Below the pieces are notes generated by a model. That model was not told the origin of the DNA. It made no database searches and saw only the letters and a program-made list of their open reading frames with translations. From NCBI GenBank assembly GCA_025359805.1, contig JANYDU010000029.1:14341-78340 (forward strand): a DNA stretch of 64,000 bases, written 5' to 3'. Position numbers and translations under genes: made by a program. This stretch comes from Bacteroidota bacterium. Its GTDB lineage: Bacteria > Bacteroidota > Bacteroidia > UKL13-3. Within the stretch, counting starts at the first letter, position 1. Every line of letters begins with the position of its first letter. Of the stretch, positions 26,713 to 37,248 are shown in pieces.

Positions 26713-27936
26713 TTACAATGCTGTTAGTGCTATAATTTCTTTAACGGAGTTAATAACTGCATCCAAAACTGTTTGTATGTTTTCATTTGTGAGATCGACA
26801 TAAACCGGCAATGAAATTTCGTTTTGATATTGAGCAATGGTATTTGGATAATTATTGATATCGTAGCCCTTGCCAATATAAAAACTCATCATTGGTACAG
26901 GAATAAAATGTACATTAACCGATACTTGTTTCTCAAAAATTTTGGCTATAATTTGATCTCGTTGTTGTTCTGTTGCATCTTTTATTCTCAACGCAAACAA
27001 ATGATAAGACGTTTCTTTTTTATCATTTTGGTATTCGGGAATGATTGCCCAATTATATTTTGAAAGTGCAATGGAGTATGCATCAAAAATTTCTTTCCTT
27101 CTTTTTAATGATTCACTATCATAACGTGATAATTCAACCAAACCAATAGATGCCATAATATCGGTCATATTCATTTTATATCCAGCTTCCACAATATCAT
27201 ATTTCCAATTTCCAGGAATAGTTTTAGCAAGTGCATCTTTATTTTGCCCGTGAAGCGTTTTTATACATAAATGTTTATACACTTCTTCATTATTAAATGG
27301 TTCGGGTAAATTTAATGCTATAGCACCTCCTTCGGCAGTTGTTAAATTTTTTACAGCATGAAATGAAAACACTGAAACATCAGTTAGAGCGCCTGTTTTT
27401 TTACCATTATAATTAGCGCCAAAAGAATGGGCAGCATCACTTAAAATTAATATTCTCCCAAGTGTTTTTTGAATATCAGTATTAGCAGTAAATTTTGATT
27501 TAATTTCAGGAAAATTTACAATTGAGTTAAGCTCATCGTAGTTACAAGGGTAACCGGCAAAATCAACTGGCATAATAACTTTTGTATTGGAAGTGATTGC
27601 TTTTCTAACTTCATTTTCATCAATATTAAAATCATCACCAATATCTACAAAAACTGGTTTGGCACCGCAATGCATAATTACATTTGCTGTGGCACTATAG
27701 GTATAGGCCGGCAAAATTACTTCATCTCCTTCTTTTACTCCAAACCAACGCAACATTATTTCCAAACCAGCAGTTGCAGAATTTAAACATAGTGTTGATT
27801 GATGACCACAATATGCAGTAATTTTTTTCTCAAAAAGTTTCGTTTTTGGTCCTGTTGTTATCCATCCCGATTTGAGGGTATCAATAACTTCATCAATAAT
27901 TTTTTGATCAATATGTGGTGGTGAAAATGGCAGCAT
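26713..27936 (-). CDS. DegT/DnrJ/EryC1/StrS-family PLP-dependent sugar aminotransferase (PglE/WbpE-like)
   Basis: ...LSDAAHSFGA... and FSFHAVKNLT (PLP lysine); 407 aa with a typical N-terminus (DTLKSGWITTGPKT). Confidence 0.85.
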   Translation of the reverse strand: MLPFSPPHIDQKIIDEVIDTLKSGWITTGPKTKLFEKKITAYCGHQSTLCLNSATAGLEIMLRWFGVKEGDEVILPAYTYSATANVIMHCGAKPVFVDIGDDFNIDENEVRKAITSNTKVIMPVDFAGYPCNYDELNSIVNFPEIKSKFTANTDIQKTLGRILILSDAAHSFGANYNGKKTGALTDVSVFSFHAVKNLTTAEGGAIALNLPEPFNNEEVYKHLCIKTLHGQNKDALAKTIPGNWKYDIVEAGYKMNMTDIMASIGLVELSRYDSESLKRRKEIFDAYSIALSKYNWAIIPEYQNDKKETSYHLFALRIKDATEQQRDQIIAKIFEKQVSVNVHFIPVPMMSFYIGKGYDINNYPNTIAQYQNEISLPVYVDLTNENIQTVLDAVINSVKEIIALTAL

Positions 27937-27967
27937 ATCTATTAACTATTTAGTTGTTGTTTTTAAA

Positions 27968-28927
27968 TTATTGAGGCTTTATAAAAACCCCTTCTTGTTT
28001 ACAAATATGAATAATCTCTTTGTAATAACCCCATAGTTCTGGTTTAATAAGCATATTTTCTGGATGAAACAATATAGCAACGGAACCTCCGTATTGCTTT
28101 GCTTTTTTTAATGTTTCTTTAAATTTAGAAAGTACAATTTCACTCTTTTGAAAGAAAAAAGCATTATCTGAAATGATGGTGGGAACTACGTTTATATTTA
28201 ATACTTTTTGAGCACTAAAATTAATACTTTTATAATTTCTTGGAATTCCGTTTTTAAATCCAACTTCACGAGCATCAGCAATTGAGAAATCAACATCAAC
28301 ATTATTTTCATCCAATTCATTCCAAAGTGTTAGCGGGTTGAATTGTAAGAAATGACTCCGATGATAGGCTATTTTTTTACCTACAATCTTTTGTAAAATA
28401 TCTAACTGACGGCCGATATTAAAACTACTTTGAGAGTGCAATCCAATATCAGATTGATGCTTTTGTAAAATGGCAATAAGCTTCTTAAAAAAATGATTAT
28501 TTATAGTATATCTGATATCAAACCTGCGTAAGCTATGTGATGAAGAGTTTGCTCCTAGCATAAAAATACTTTTTATGTTTTGCTCTTTTTCAAAAGCAAT
28601 TAGTCGTTCCATATTTTTTAAATAAATTTCACCCTCAAATAATTTTGAAAAACCAATCCAATCATTTCGAAGAGATATTGTTTTAACAATTGAATAGAAG
28701 TGAAAGGGATAAATCCAGTCAATATCATGAGTAAAAAAAACGGTTACTGATTCGTCACTTTTAATTGATAAAATTTCATTCGATAATTTTTTATCCAACA
28801 ACATGGCATGCGAAAGTTGTTTTGCTTCATGATAAGAAAGTGTATTAACAGAAAAACTTTGCTGAATAAGATGCAGCAAAGTTTTTTCGTTAATTGAATC
28901 TATTAAATTTACAGGTGTTAATTTCAA
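27968..28927 (-). CDS. Unassigned protein, possibly of polysaccharide-deacetylase-like fold
   Basis: Weak motifs FFTHDIDW, GLHSQSS, YHRSHFLQF and AILFHPENM loosely recall CE4/NodB-like metal sites. No confident family. Confidence 0.25.
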   Translation of the reverse strand: MKLTPVNLIDSINEKTLLHLIQQSFSVNTLSYHEAKQLSHAMLLDKKLSNEILSIKSDESVTVFFTHDIDWIYPFHFYSIVKTISLRNDWIGFSKLFEGEIYLKNMERLIAFEKEQNIKSIFMLGANSSSHSLRRFDIRYTINNHFFKKLIAILQKHQSDIGLHSQSSFNIGRQLDILQKIVGKKIAYHRSHFLQFNPLTLWNELDENNVDVDFSIADAREVGFKNGIPRNYKSINFSAQKVLNINVVPTIISDNAFFFQKSEIVLSKFKETLKKAKQYGGSVAILFHPENMLIKPELWGYYKEIIHICKQEGVFIKPQ

Positions 28928-29952
28928 CCTTTCGGACTTTTCTTTAATGCATAAATTCGTTCAATAATATCAACAACTTTTAGCCCCTCTAAAGCATTAG
29001 TAGTGATAGTTGCCCGTCCTTTTAAAACATCAACCACGTTCTCAATAATATAATGATGATTGGCAGCACTTCCTTTGTATGGACCATAATCATTGGGAGG
29101 GTTTGTAGGTTTCAATTCGGGCATCATATAATCTTTGATATGGCAATATTCAACCTTATCCATGTATTGGCCACCCACTTTTACAGTTCCATTTTCTGCA
29201 ATGATTGTCATGCTACTTTCTAAGTTTTTATCCCAAACAGATGTAGAAAAGTTTAATGCACCCATTCCACCATTTGTGAAGCGAAAATTTACATAACCTG
29301 AGTCTTCAAAATCTGTTAATGATGAATGATTATAGTCTGCAAATTTTGCATCCACCTCCTCAATATCACCAAATACCCAATACATTAAATCAATAAAATG
29401 GCTGAATTGTGTGAATAATGTTCCACCGTCTAACTCTTTTGAACCATGCCAATTTCCCTTTTTATAATATCTATTATCTCTGTTCCAATAACAATTTACT
29501 TGAACCATATAAATATCTCCAAGGGTTCCGTCAGTTACCACTTTTTTCAACCACTCTGACGGAGGAGAATATCTATTTTGCATCACGCAAAAAACGTGTT
29601 TACTATGATGAAGTGCTTTGTAGATAACTTGTTCGCAATCTTTTTTAGTAAGCCCCATTGGTTTTTCAATTACCACATGATGTCCGGTTTCAATTGCTTG
29701 AAGCGATTGACTTGCGTGTAATCCATTTGGGGTAGCAATATTCATTACATCACATTTAGATGAAGATGATAAGTATTCGTCAAACGATTTATAAATGTGT
29801 GTACCTCCAAAAAGTTCTTTAAGATTAGGATGTTTTGTTTCATCACTTTCTATTAAAGCTGTGAGTTCTGCCTCATCATTTCTCTTAATCATTTCTGAAT
29901 GGCGCTTGCCTATGTGTCCACAACCAAGTATTGCGAATTTTATTTTAGTCAT
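28924..29952 (-). CDS. Gfo/Idh/MocA-family NAD-dependent sugar oxidoreductase (WbpB-like)
   Basis: KFAILGCGHIGKRHSEMI Rossmann N-terminus and HVVIEKPMGLT; 342 aa. Confidence 0.8.
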   Translation of the reverse strand: MTKIKFAILGCGHIGKRHSEMIKRNDEAELTALIESDETKHPNLKELFGGTHIYKSFDEYLSSSSKCDVMNIATPNGLHASQSLQAIETGHHVVIEKPMGLTKKDCEQVIYKALHHSKHVFCVMQNRYSPPSEWLKKVVTDGTLGDIYMVQVNCYWNRDNRYYKKGNWHGSKELDGGTLFTQFSHFIDLMYWVFGDIEEVDAKFADYNHSSLTDFEDSGYVNFRFTNGGMGALNFSTSVWDKNLESSMTIIAENGTVKVGGQYMDKVEYCHIKDYMMPELKPTNPPNDYGPYKGSAANHHYIIENVVDVLKGRATITTNALEGLKVVDIIERIYALKKSPKG

Positions 29953-30012
29953 TAAGTATAATTTATTTTTTATAGAGTTGAATTACGTATAAAGTTAGTA
30001 TTAATTCACTTT

Positions 30013-30981
30013 TCATTTTTTCAGACTTAGGACACCTAAAATAAATCCCAAACCGTATGATAAATGCAAAATAAAAAAGATAAAAAATGAATTTATTTTT
30101 ATGCTAATCTTATTCTCATTTTTAAATGCAAAAAAAAGATTTAATATTATGTAAACTAAGAATGGAAACAGTAATAACCAATTCAATAAAAAGTCAATAT
30201 TAAATAACCTAGATAGCAAAATAATAAAAAAATAGATACTAAAAAAGGAGGGAACCAAATGTCTTATTCGTACCGATTTTTTATTGTTTTTTAGAACTAA
30301 TGGTTTATAAAATCCATATTGAAAATATTGTTTGATAAATGAAAAAAAATTATCTCTTACTAAATATTTAGTAGTAAGTTCAGGCACCATCAATATCTTA
30401 AATCCAAGTTCATTTAATCGGTAGTGAAAATCATCATCTTGATTACGAATTAAATCAGTTGAAAATAATCCCGCTTTTTCAAATACCATTTTTTTATATA
30501 CTGGAAATGGGACAGTTTCAACATATTGTTTTTCAGTTGTTGTTCTAAAACTTGTATTACCAACTCCAAAAACACAACTCATGCAATAAGCAATAGCTTT
30601 TGAAAGATTAGACTTTCCAATATGTTTAATAGGTCCTCCAACAACATCACAATCTTCATTTTTTAAATACCACAAAGCCGTTTCAATATAATTTGGTGGG
30701 TACAAAGTATGTGCACCCAATAAAGCAATATAATTTCCCGTTGAAATTTTAAAAGCACTATTGAATGCGCTACTCACATATTTTTCAGAATTGTGAAGAA
30801 GAATTACACTCGAGTCTTTTTGAGATAATAAGGAAATTATTTTAATACTCTCGTCCGTTGATCCTCCATCACAAAAAATAATTTCTTTTGAAATATTATC
30901 ATTTATCGAAATGGTATTGTAAATATTGGTGATGTTGTTTTCTTCGTTTAAAATTGGAATGATAATACTCACTTCAATCAT
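30013..30981 (-). CDS. GT2-family glycosyltransferase with a C-terminal membrane region
   Basis: VSIIIPILNEENNI...CDGGSTDES... (GT-A DxD region), with TM helices at the C-terminus. Confidence 0.8.
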   Translation of the reverse strand: MIEVSIIIPILNEENNITNIYNTISINDNISKEIIFCDGGSTDESIKIISLLSQKDSSVILLHNSEKYVSSAFNSAFKISTGNYIALLGAHTLYPPNYIETALWYLKNEDCDVVGGPIKHIGKSNLSKAIAYCMSCVFGVGNTSFRTTTEKQYVETVPFPVYKKMVFEKAGLFSTDLIRNQDDDFHYRLNELGFKILMVPELTTKYLVRDNFFSFIKQYFQYGFYKPLVLKNNKKSVRIRHLVPSFFSIYFFIILLSRLFNIDFLLNWLLLFPFLVYIILNLFFAFKNENKISIKINSFFIFFILHLSYGLGFILGVLSLKK

Positions 30982-31652
30982 AACGATCCAGAGTGATTAT
31001 GATATAATCTTATTATTTGATAAGCCTCAGCATAATTGAAACCAGCCTCCATTCCACGGTATTGAGCTAATGTTTCTATTCCTTTGAATGAATACGGGTA
31101 TGGAAATTCTCTTATTTCGTTTACATAAAATGAAAATGCTTCTAATTTTTTTGAAATCGTTTCTGTAATATCAACATAATATTGAGCCTTAAAAGAATTG
31201 CCATTCCAACTACTTGTATTGGCTATTTCCATTCCTAAAATAGAAATTGGTTTGCTTTTGGGCCTGCCAATTATTTTTGCAGCTTCATTAATTATCCTAT
31301 GATCTCTGTTTAAATCAGAATCGGTATGTGTGATAATAAAATCAGGATTCTTCGCTAAAGAAAATGCCTTATTTGAAATTTCGGCAATGGTATACTTATC
31401 AAAATATTGATCTTCTAAATGAAGGTATTGAATATCATCTATATGATAATATTTACAGGCTTTTTCAAATCCATTCAAATTGTTAATTCCTTCTTTACGG
31501 GCTTTAATATGTCCATCTGATGCCAGTATAATTTGTATATGATGCCCTTTTTGTTTTAACAATGGAATCAATCCTCCTACTCCAAGTGTTTCATCATCAG
31601 CGTGTGCAATAAATAGTAGTATATTCATATTTTTAGTAGACATCATTATCAC
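30978..31652 (-). CDS. PIG-L/LmbE-family N-acetyl-sugar deacetylase
   Basis: ILLFIAHADDETLGVGG (the PDD(E/D) zinc motif) and HTDSDLNRDHR. Confidence 0.8.
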   Translation of the reverse strand: MIMMSTKNMNILLFIAHADDETLGVGGLIPLLKQKGHHIQIILASDGHIKARKEGINNLNGFEKACKYYHIDDIQYLHLEDQYFDKYTIAEISNKAFSLAKNPDFIITHTDSDLNRDHRIINEAAKIIGRPKSKPISILGMEIANTSSWNGNSFKAQYYVDITETISKKLEAFSFYVNEIREFPYPYSFKGIETLAQYRGMEAGFNYAEAYQIIRLYHNHSGSL

Positions 31653-32625
31653 CTAACATAATTTGCCAATTGCTAAGTTCCTTTTTAATTTCAGTATTGG
31701 CATAAATAATACAATAATTGGAGTCACCCATTTGCTTATAGTTTTTTTCAATAAATAATTTGTAAACCAAAGATTCTTCCTGACAAAAACTCCAAGTATT
31801 AATTAAATCTGAATGAATTCCTATAGCGTAATTTTCAATAGCATATAGAATCATATTTAATTGATCTAATTCATGATAAGCATATTCAACAATGTGAACC
31901 TTATTTAATTTAGTTATTTCATCTAAATACGTTTTTATAACAGCGTATCCTTTTACTATATTATTCGTTTTTAAGACAACAAATTGATATTTATTTTTGG
32001 GGTTATTAGCATAGCGCCATTGTAAAAACAAATAATTTTTTTGCAGATTAAAATTGGAGTGCTTATTAAATAAACTAAAATCATAATTTTCAAGTTCACT
32101 TATATTTTCGGTCACATAAGCATCCGTTTTTTTTTGTATAAAATCAGCTTTCCTTTTTTCGATAAAGAATAAGTTGGACATTACCTGCCAACCCACTTTA
32201 AGATGACCTTTTATTGCACTTTCGTTAGGAATTCCTAATGCTATTTCATTCAATAATATAGAATTTTTTAAAGCATATTCTCCAATTTGAGTAAACAACC
32301 CCATACCAGTGTATGAAGGACTCGTCATCACATTACAACATAAATATCCATGAATAGAAGTGTTATTAAAATTTAACATAAAAGGACTTAGCGTATAGGA
32401 AGCCGCAATTTCATTATTTTCAAAATTTCTTACTGTATATATATTATTCTTACCATAAGGGTTATCTATATTTGACCATTTAAACCACTTTTCCGATATG
32501 TATGATCTATTACCAAAACAATCAGAATAAAGTTTCAAATATTCTTCACAGAAGGATGCTGAATCAATTGAATCTTCTTTTTGAAAAATGAATGTTTTGT
32601 CTTTTATAGAAAGATGTTGAGGCAT
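31633..32625 (-). CDS. Putative double-GNAT (FemAB-like fold) acyl/aminoacyl transferase
   Basis: CCNVMTSPSYTGMGLFTQIGEYAL looks like a GNAT acyl-CoA loop. The 330-aa length and the ...IMLGDNDVY C-terminus resemble two-lobed GNAT proteins. The assignment is tentative. Confidence 0.4.
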   Translation of the reverse strand: MPQHLSIKDKTFIFQKEDSIDSASFCEEYLKLYSDCFGNRSYISEKWFKWSNIDNPYGKNNIYTVRNFENNEIAASYTLSPFMLNFNNTSIHGYLCCNVMTSPSYTGMGLFTQIGEYALKNSILLNEIALGIPNESAIKGHLKVGWQVMSNLFFIEKRKADFIQKKTDAYVTENISELENYDFSLFNKHSNFNLQKNYLFLQWRYANNPKNKYQFVVLKTNNIVKGYAVIKTYLDEITKLNKVHIVEYAYHELDQLNMILYAIENYAIGIHSDLINTWSFCQEESLVYKLFIEKNYKQMGDSNYCIIYANTEIKKELSNWQIMLGDNDVY

Positions 32626-32627
32626 AA

Positions 32628-33233
32628 TTATCTTTTGAAATTAAAGGTTTTTGCAATTGTAAAAAATATAATTTTTAAATCTGAAAAAAAATTTGCCCTT
32701 GTGAAATAAGATAAATTCGCTGCTATTTTTTGTGGCATTATTTCTTCGATATAAATACGATCTGAATCTTTTTTGTTGGCATGTAATATTTTGTCTTCAA
32801 TGTCAATAAATTTAATACAGGCAAAATCTGTTACTCCTGGTTTAAAATTTAGCACTTTCCTTTGTTGCTCATTATAGAAGTCAACATATTTTCGTACTTC
32901 GGGTCTGGGTCCAACAAAACTCATTTCACCTTTAAGAATATTGAAAAACTGTGGAAGCTCATCTAGTCTAAATTTGCGAAGTACCCCACCAACAGAAGTT
33001 ATTCTAGGATCATTATCACCAAATGAAAGTAGCCCCAACTTATCAGCATTCACGTTCATCGTTCTAAATTTTATAATAGTAAAATCTAAATTATTTTTCC
33101 CTACACGTTTTTGCATATATAATACAGGTCCTTTTGAAGTAAGTTTTATGACGATACCTATAATAAATAAGATAGGCAAAGTAATAAGAATACCTAGTGA
33201 ACTCATAATAACATCAAATAGCCTCTTTGTCAT
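32628..33233 (-). CDS. Small monotopic phosphoglycosyl transferase (PglC/WbaP C-terminal type; initiating sugar transferase)
   Basis: KRLFDVIMSSLGILITLPILFIIGIVIKL..., FIIKFRTM and DELPQFFNILKGEMSFVGPRP. Confidence 0.9.
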   Translation of the reverse strand: MTKRLFDVIMSSLGILITLPILFIIGIVIKLTSKGPVLYMQKRVGKNNLDFTIIKFRTMNVNADKLGLLSFGDNDPRITSVGGVLRKFRLDELPQFFNILKGEMSFVGPRPEVRKYVDFYNEQQRKVLNFKPGVTDFACIKFIDIEDKILHANKKDSDRIYIEEIMPQKIAANLSYFTRANFFSDLKIIFFTIAKTFNFKR

Positions 33234-34459
33234 TTAAACACTTGTTTACAAAACTCCGTAAAGTCAAACGCTATTTTTTTTCTATCAAAATTTTTCTTAA
33301 CATATTGTTCACCATTTTCGCCCAGTTGCTTTGTAAGATGAGGGTCATTATATAAAAGAAGAATTTTTTCGGTCAATTCCTTTGCATTTTCTGGCTCAAA
33401 ATATACACCACAGTTTCCATTATCAATAAATAACTCTTTTGCCTCACCATCTACTCCAAGTAATATTGGTTTTTTAAATGCAAGCGCTTCGAAAATTTTT
33501 GAAGGAATAGCCCCTAAAAAATGATCAATTTTTTTTAATGGTACTATGGAAACATTTGATGCGTTTATAATGCTTAACATTTTTTCTCTTGGGGTATTTG
33601 GTAGGAAGAAGACATTGCTGAGAGATAGATCATTTTTCATTTTAACTAGTCGTTCTTTTTCTGGACCATCGCCTACTAAAACAAATTTGATATGAACAAA
33701 ACTCTTAATCATATCAGCCGATTCAAGAATGGTATGCAATGCTTGAGCAAATCCAATTACGCCTCCGTAAACAATAAGAAAATCATCGTCAGAAAAGTTA
33801 TTTTCAGTTCGCCATTTTTTTTGAATTTCGAGGTTTTGGATGAAAGAGTAGTCCACGCCATTTTTTAACCAAAATACTTTTTCAGGAGATTTATGTTTTG
33901 ATAACTCCGCCACAATTCCTTGTGTTTGACCTGTTAGTAAATGTGAACAATCATATATCCACTTTTCAAGTTTATAAAGAATTTTTAATGCTTTTCGATT
34001 AGTGAGTAACCCAACTTTCTCTACACTTTCGGGCCATAAATCTGAAACATTAAATACCAATTTAGCCCTTTTAATTTTTGAGATAAAAACTGCTGTGATT
34101 CCTAAAAAAAGAGGAGGAGATTCACAAATAAATATATCATTTTTTTTTACATGAGTTAAACAAACAAGAATTGAAGTGAAACAAAATGAAAGATAATTTA
34201 ATAACCTAATAAACTTTGACGAACTATATTTTGTGAATAGCCAAACTCTTCTAACAGGAATATTATTTATTTTTTCATTTAAGTAGAGTTTGTTTTTATA
34301 CCCATCAAAAATTTTCATTTTAGGGTAATTAGGCATCGCAGTAATTATACTTACTGGGTATCCTAGTTGTTGGATATTTTCTGCTAAACTTGAAAGTCTA
34401 TTTTGAGGAGCTCCTGTTTCTGGCAAATAATATTGAGTTAGAATTATAAACCTCATCAT
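33230..34459 (-). CDS. GT4-family glycosyltransferase (WbuB-like)
   Basis: N-terminal FIILTQYYLPETGAPQNR and C-terminal ...PSKIFEALAFKKPILLGVDGEAKEL (EX7E region). Confidence 0.8.
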   Translation of the reverse strand: MMRFIILTQYYLPETGAPQNRLSSLAENIQQLGYPVSIITAMPNYPKMKIFDGYKNKLYLNEKINNIPVRRVWLFTKYSSSKFIRLLNYLSFCFTSILVCLTHVKKNDIFICESPPLFLGITAVFISKIKRAKLVFNVSDLWPESVEKVGLLTNRKALKILYKLEKWIYDCSHLLTGQTQGIVAELSKHKSPEKVFWLKNGVDYSFIQNLEIQKKWRTENNFSDDDFLIVYGGVIGFAQALHTILESADMIKSFVHIKFVLVGDGPEKERLVKMKNDLSLSNVFFLPNTPREKMLSIINASNVSIVPLKKIDHFLGAIPSKIFEALAFKKPILLGVDGEAKELFIDNGNCGVYFEPENAKELTEKILLLYNDPHLTKQLGENGEQYVKKNFDRKKIAFDFTEFCKQVFK

Positions 34460-35532
34460 TTTAGTAATACGTTACAAATATTATTGGATGCTTTTCCGTT
34501 GCCGTATAGGTCAATTTTTTCCGGAAAAATGGTGTCAATTAATTTTTGTGTTGTAGAGATTATTAATTCTTTGTTTGTGCCAACTATAAAATTATAGTGA
34601 TTTTGAACTAATTCAATCCACTCGGTTTGTTCTCTAATTGTTACACAGTATTTACCAAAAATAAATGCTTCTTTTTGCAAACCTCCGCTATCGCTAATTA
34701 TAAGATTTGAGCAAGAAATCAATTGAATCATATCAAAATAACCAACAGGATCAATAACAGTAAAATTAACTTTCACCCCTGATTGTTTAATAATATTTTT
34801 AGTTCTTGGATGAAGAGGAACAACAACTTGTATTTGATTGTTAACCTGATTTAATGCTTCAATGATATTGTTTAAATTATCTTCATTATCTGTATTTTCA
34901 GCCCTATGTATAGTTGCTAAAATATAGTCTCCTTTATTAAGCTTTAACTTATCAATAATATCCGATAGCTCTTCAGATTTTTTAGAGTAAAATAAAGCAG
35001 TATCTTCCATCACATCTCCGGTTTTTATAATCTCACAATCGAATTGATCAAACCCTTCCTTCTTCAAATTATTTACTGCCGTATCGGTAGGGCAAAATAA
35101 ATAGTCACTAATTCTGTCCGTCAGAATTCTATTAATCTCTTCAGGCATTTGCATATTAAAACTTCTCAATCCCGCCTCTACATGTGCAACTTTTATATGT
35201 AATTTTTTTGCTGCAAGCGCTCCCGCTATCGTTGAGTTCGTGTCACCATAAATTAAAACTATATCGGGTTTCTCATCTACAATTATTTTCTCAATTCCTT
35301 CAAGCATTTGACCTGTCATTGCCCCATGAGACAAACCATTTATATTGAGGTTATAATTAGGTTTAGGGATTTCCATTTCTCTAAAAAATATTTCCGACAT
35401 GTTCTCGTCAAAATGCTGACCAGTATGAATAATGATTTCATTTAGTTGAGCATGTTTTGCTATTTCTCTTGAGAGAGCTGCCGCCTTAATAAATTGAGGC
35501 CTAGCTCCAACAATTGTCATAATTTTTTTCAT
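34456..35532 (-). CDS. UDP-N-acetylglucosamine 2-epimerase (non-hydrolysing, WecB/FnlC-like)
   Basis: IMTIVGARPQFIKAAALSREI, HTGQHFDENMS, HVEAGLRS and DSGGLQKEA. Confidence 0.85.
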   Translation of the reverse strand: MKKIMTIVGARPQFIKAAALSREIAKHAQLNEIIIHTGQHFDENMSEIFFREMEIPKPNYNLNINGLSHGAMTGQMLEGIEKIIVDEKPDIVLIYGDTNSTIAGALAAKKLHIKVAHVEAGLRSFNMQMPEEINRILTDRISDYLFCPTDTAVNNLKKEGFDQFDCEIIKTGDVMEDTALFYSKKSEELSDIIDKLKLNKGDYILATIHRAENTDNEDNLNNIIEALNQVNNQIQVVVPLHPRTKNIIKQSGVKVNFTVIDPVGYFDMIQLISCSNLIISDSGGLQKEAFIFGKYCVTIREQTEWIELVQNHYNFIVGTNKELIISTTQKLIDTIFPEKIDLYGNGKASNNICNVLLK

Positions 35533-36128
35533 TTTAATTCTTTGAAATAATAAATGCCATTGATGGTTTCAAGTTTGTTCCATCCAATCTTTTCGTAAAA
35601 GGATTGAGCTCTTATATTTTCCTTTAAAACCGATAGTCTCACAAAATTAGCATCCAAATTTTTTGCTATTTTTTCAAACTCGATAACCAATTCTTTGGCA
35701 GTTCCTTGTCCTTTATTTTTTTCAGAAACTGCAATCCCAACCAAAGATATTCCAAAACCTTTTTCACGCACCAAAGGCTGATTTTTCATTCCTGATAAAC
35801 CCATAATACTTTTAGTTCTTTTTAAAATATTATCGATGAGTTTTTTATTTAAAAAATATGTCGGATTTTTTAGCAATCCAATCAATCCGTAAATCCATAA
35901 TGCACGATTCATTGATTTTTCATACCCGATGGGAGCACCAATAACGTAACCTGTGATACCTTCTCCATCGTAAGTTAATAAAGCAATATTATTGGTTCTG
36001 ATAAACCATCTAAACACTTCTCTAAGGTATACTTTACCCGCCAAAATGTTTAATGATTCTTTAAATGATTCAATATGCAAATCAACTAATACATCTATAT
36101 CGTTTTCTGTTATATTACGAATTGGCAC
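35529..36128 (-). CDS. GNAT-family N-acetyltransferase
   Basis: ...GIAVSEKNKGQGTAKELV... (Q/RxxGxG/A acetyl-CoA loop); 199 aa. Confidence 0.7.
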   Translation of the reverse strand: MPIRNITENDIDVLVDLHIESFKESLNILAGKVYLREVFRWFIRTNNIALLTYDGEGITGYVIGAPIGYEKSMNRALWIYGLIGLLKNPTYFLNKKLIDNILKRTKSIMGLSGMKNQPLVREKGFGISLVGIAVSEKNKGQGTAKELVIEFEKIAKNLDANFVRLSVLKENIRAQSFYEKIGWNKLETINGIYYFKELK

Positions 36129-37248
36129 TTGCGAATATTTTTTTATAAATAGTTAGTAGTTGTTTGATTATCTTTTGGTAATTTTTGTAATCAGTATATT
36201 TTTTAGGCGGTAATTGTATGATGTGTTCAAATTCAGCATCCGATAACCCTAATTTTTTCTTCACAAAAATCATATCTTGTTTCAGCATATCTTCAGAAGG
36301 ATATTCTGGTTTTGAAATTTCTACAATAGCTTCCTCTCTTGATATTTCCCCTGCACAAACTAATGTTGAAAGGTGCGCTCTTCTTTTATCAATTTTAAAT
36401 TTTTTAGGCAGTATAAACCCTTGGAAAAATCTTGTATAAACCGATTCATAATGCTTACCACCATAATAAACCCAACCCAACTCATCTATTAGAATCCGCA
36501 TCGCTTCTTTTTTAGAATAGGGTATGTAATCCAATAAATTTACTTTCTTAACTCTTTTTAATGCGATGTAATAAAATAAATGAAGAGGCGAAAGCATCGG
36601 AAAAGATTTAATCCTTTTTGATCCAAATTGCTTTTGAACATCTTTTAGATAAGCTGTATCAATATGTCCCTGAGCCCAACTTCTAGGAAGAATACCTTCA
36701 GTTCGGGCATTTGTGCCACTTATTATGTATTTGATATTATATTTAACTGAAACCCTATATAATATGCCCCAAATCGCATGATCGGTAGGCACCTCACCAT
36801 CAGGAGTAGATGCTTTTAAAAATGATAACTGAATATCTTTAAACTCTTCCCAATCCAACACTTCGGTATGTAATTCAATATCCAGTTTTTTTAGAATTTT
36901 TTCAATATTTGAAACAGCTAATTCAGAGTTCCAACCATTATCCATATGAACAGCCAAAGGTCTTAATCCAAGTATTTTTTTAGCATAATAAGCAGTATAA
37001 GTACTATCCACTCCTCCACTTACTCCAATGATGCAATCATATTCATTATTTTTTCCTGCATGTTTTATTTGCGCAATAATTTTTTCTAATAAAATTGGAG
37101 CATCCTTATCAGAAGGAATTCTGGTTTGAACAAAATCAGTATATTTTTTCACATAATTACTTACGCCATCTTCATCAAAAACAATATCAGGATCTGCAGT
37201 TGTATCCATAATTGTTTTTGTACATATCCTGTAATTTTCTTTTTCCAT
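36115..37248 (-). CDS. N-acetyl sugar amidotransferase (PP-loop ATP pyrophosphatase; WbpG/PseA/LfnA-like), copy 1
   Basis: GVSGGVDSTY PP-loop with family-typical flanks (DEDGVSNY...; LAVHMDNGWNSE). Translationally coupled to HisF/HisH-like genes. Confidence 0.8.
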   Translation of the reverse strand: MEKENYRICTKTIMDTTADPDIVFDEDGVSNYVKKYTDFVQTRIPSDKDAPILLEKIIAQIKHAGKNNEYDCIIGVSGGVDSTYTAYYAKKILGLRPLAVHMDNGWNSELAVSNIEKILKKLDIELHTEVLDWEEFKDIQLSFLKASTPDGEVPTDHAIWGILYRVSVKYNIKYIISGTNARTEGILPRSWAQGHIDTAYLKDVQKQFGSKRIKSFPMLSPLHLFYYIALKRVKKVNLLDYIPYSKKEAMRILIDELGWVYYGGKHYESVYTRFFQGFILPKKFKIDKRRAHLSTLVCAGEISREEAIVEISKPEYPSEDMLKQDMIFVKKKLGLSDAEFEHIIQLPPKKYTDYKNYQKIIKQLLTIYKKIFASANS

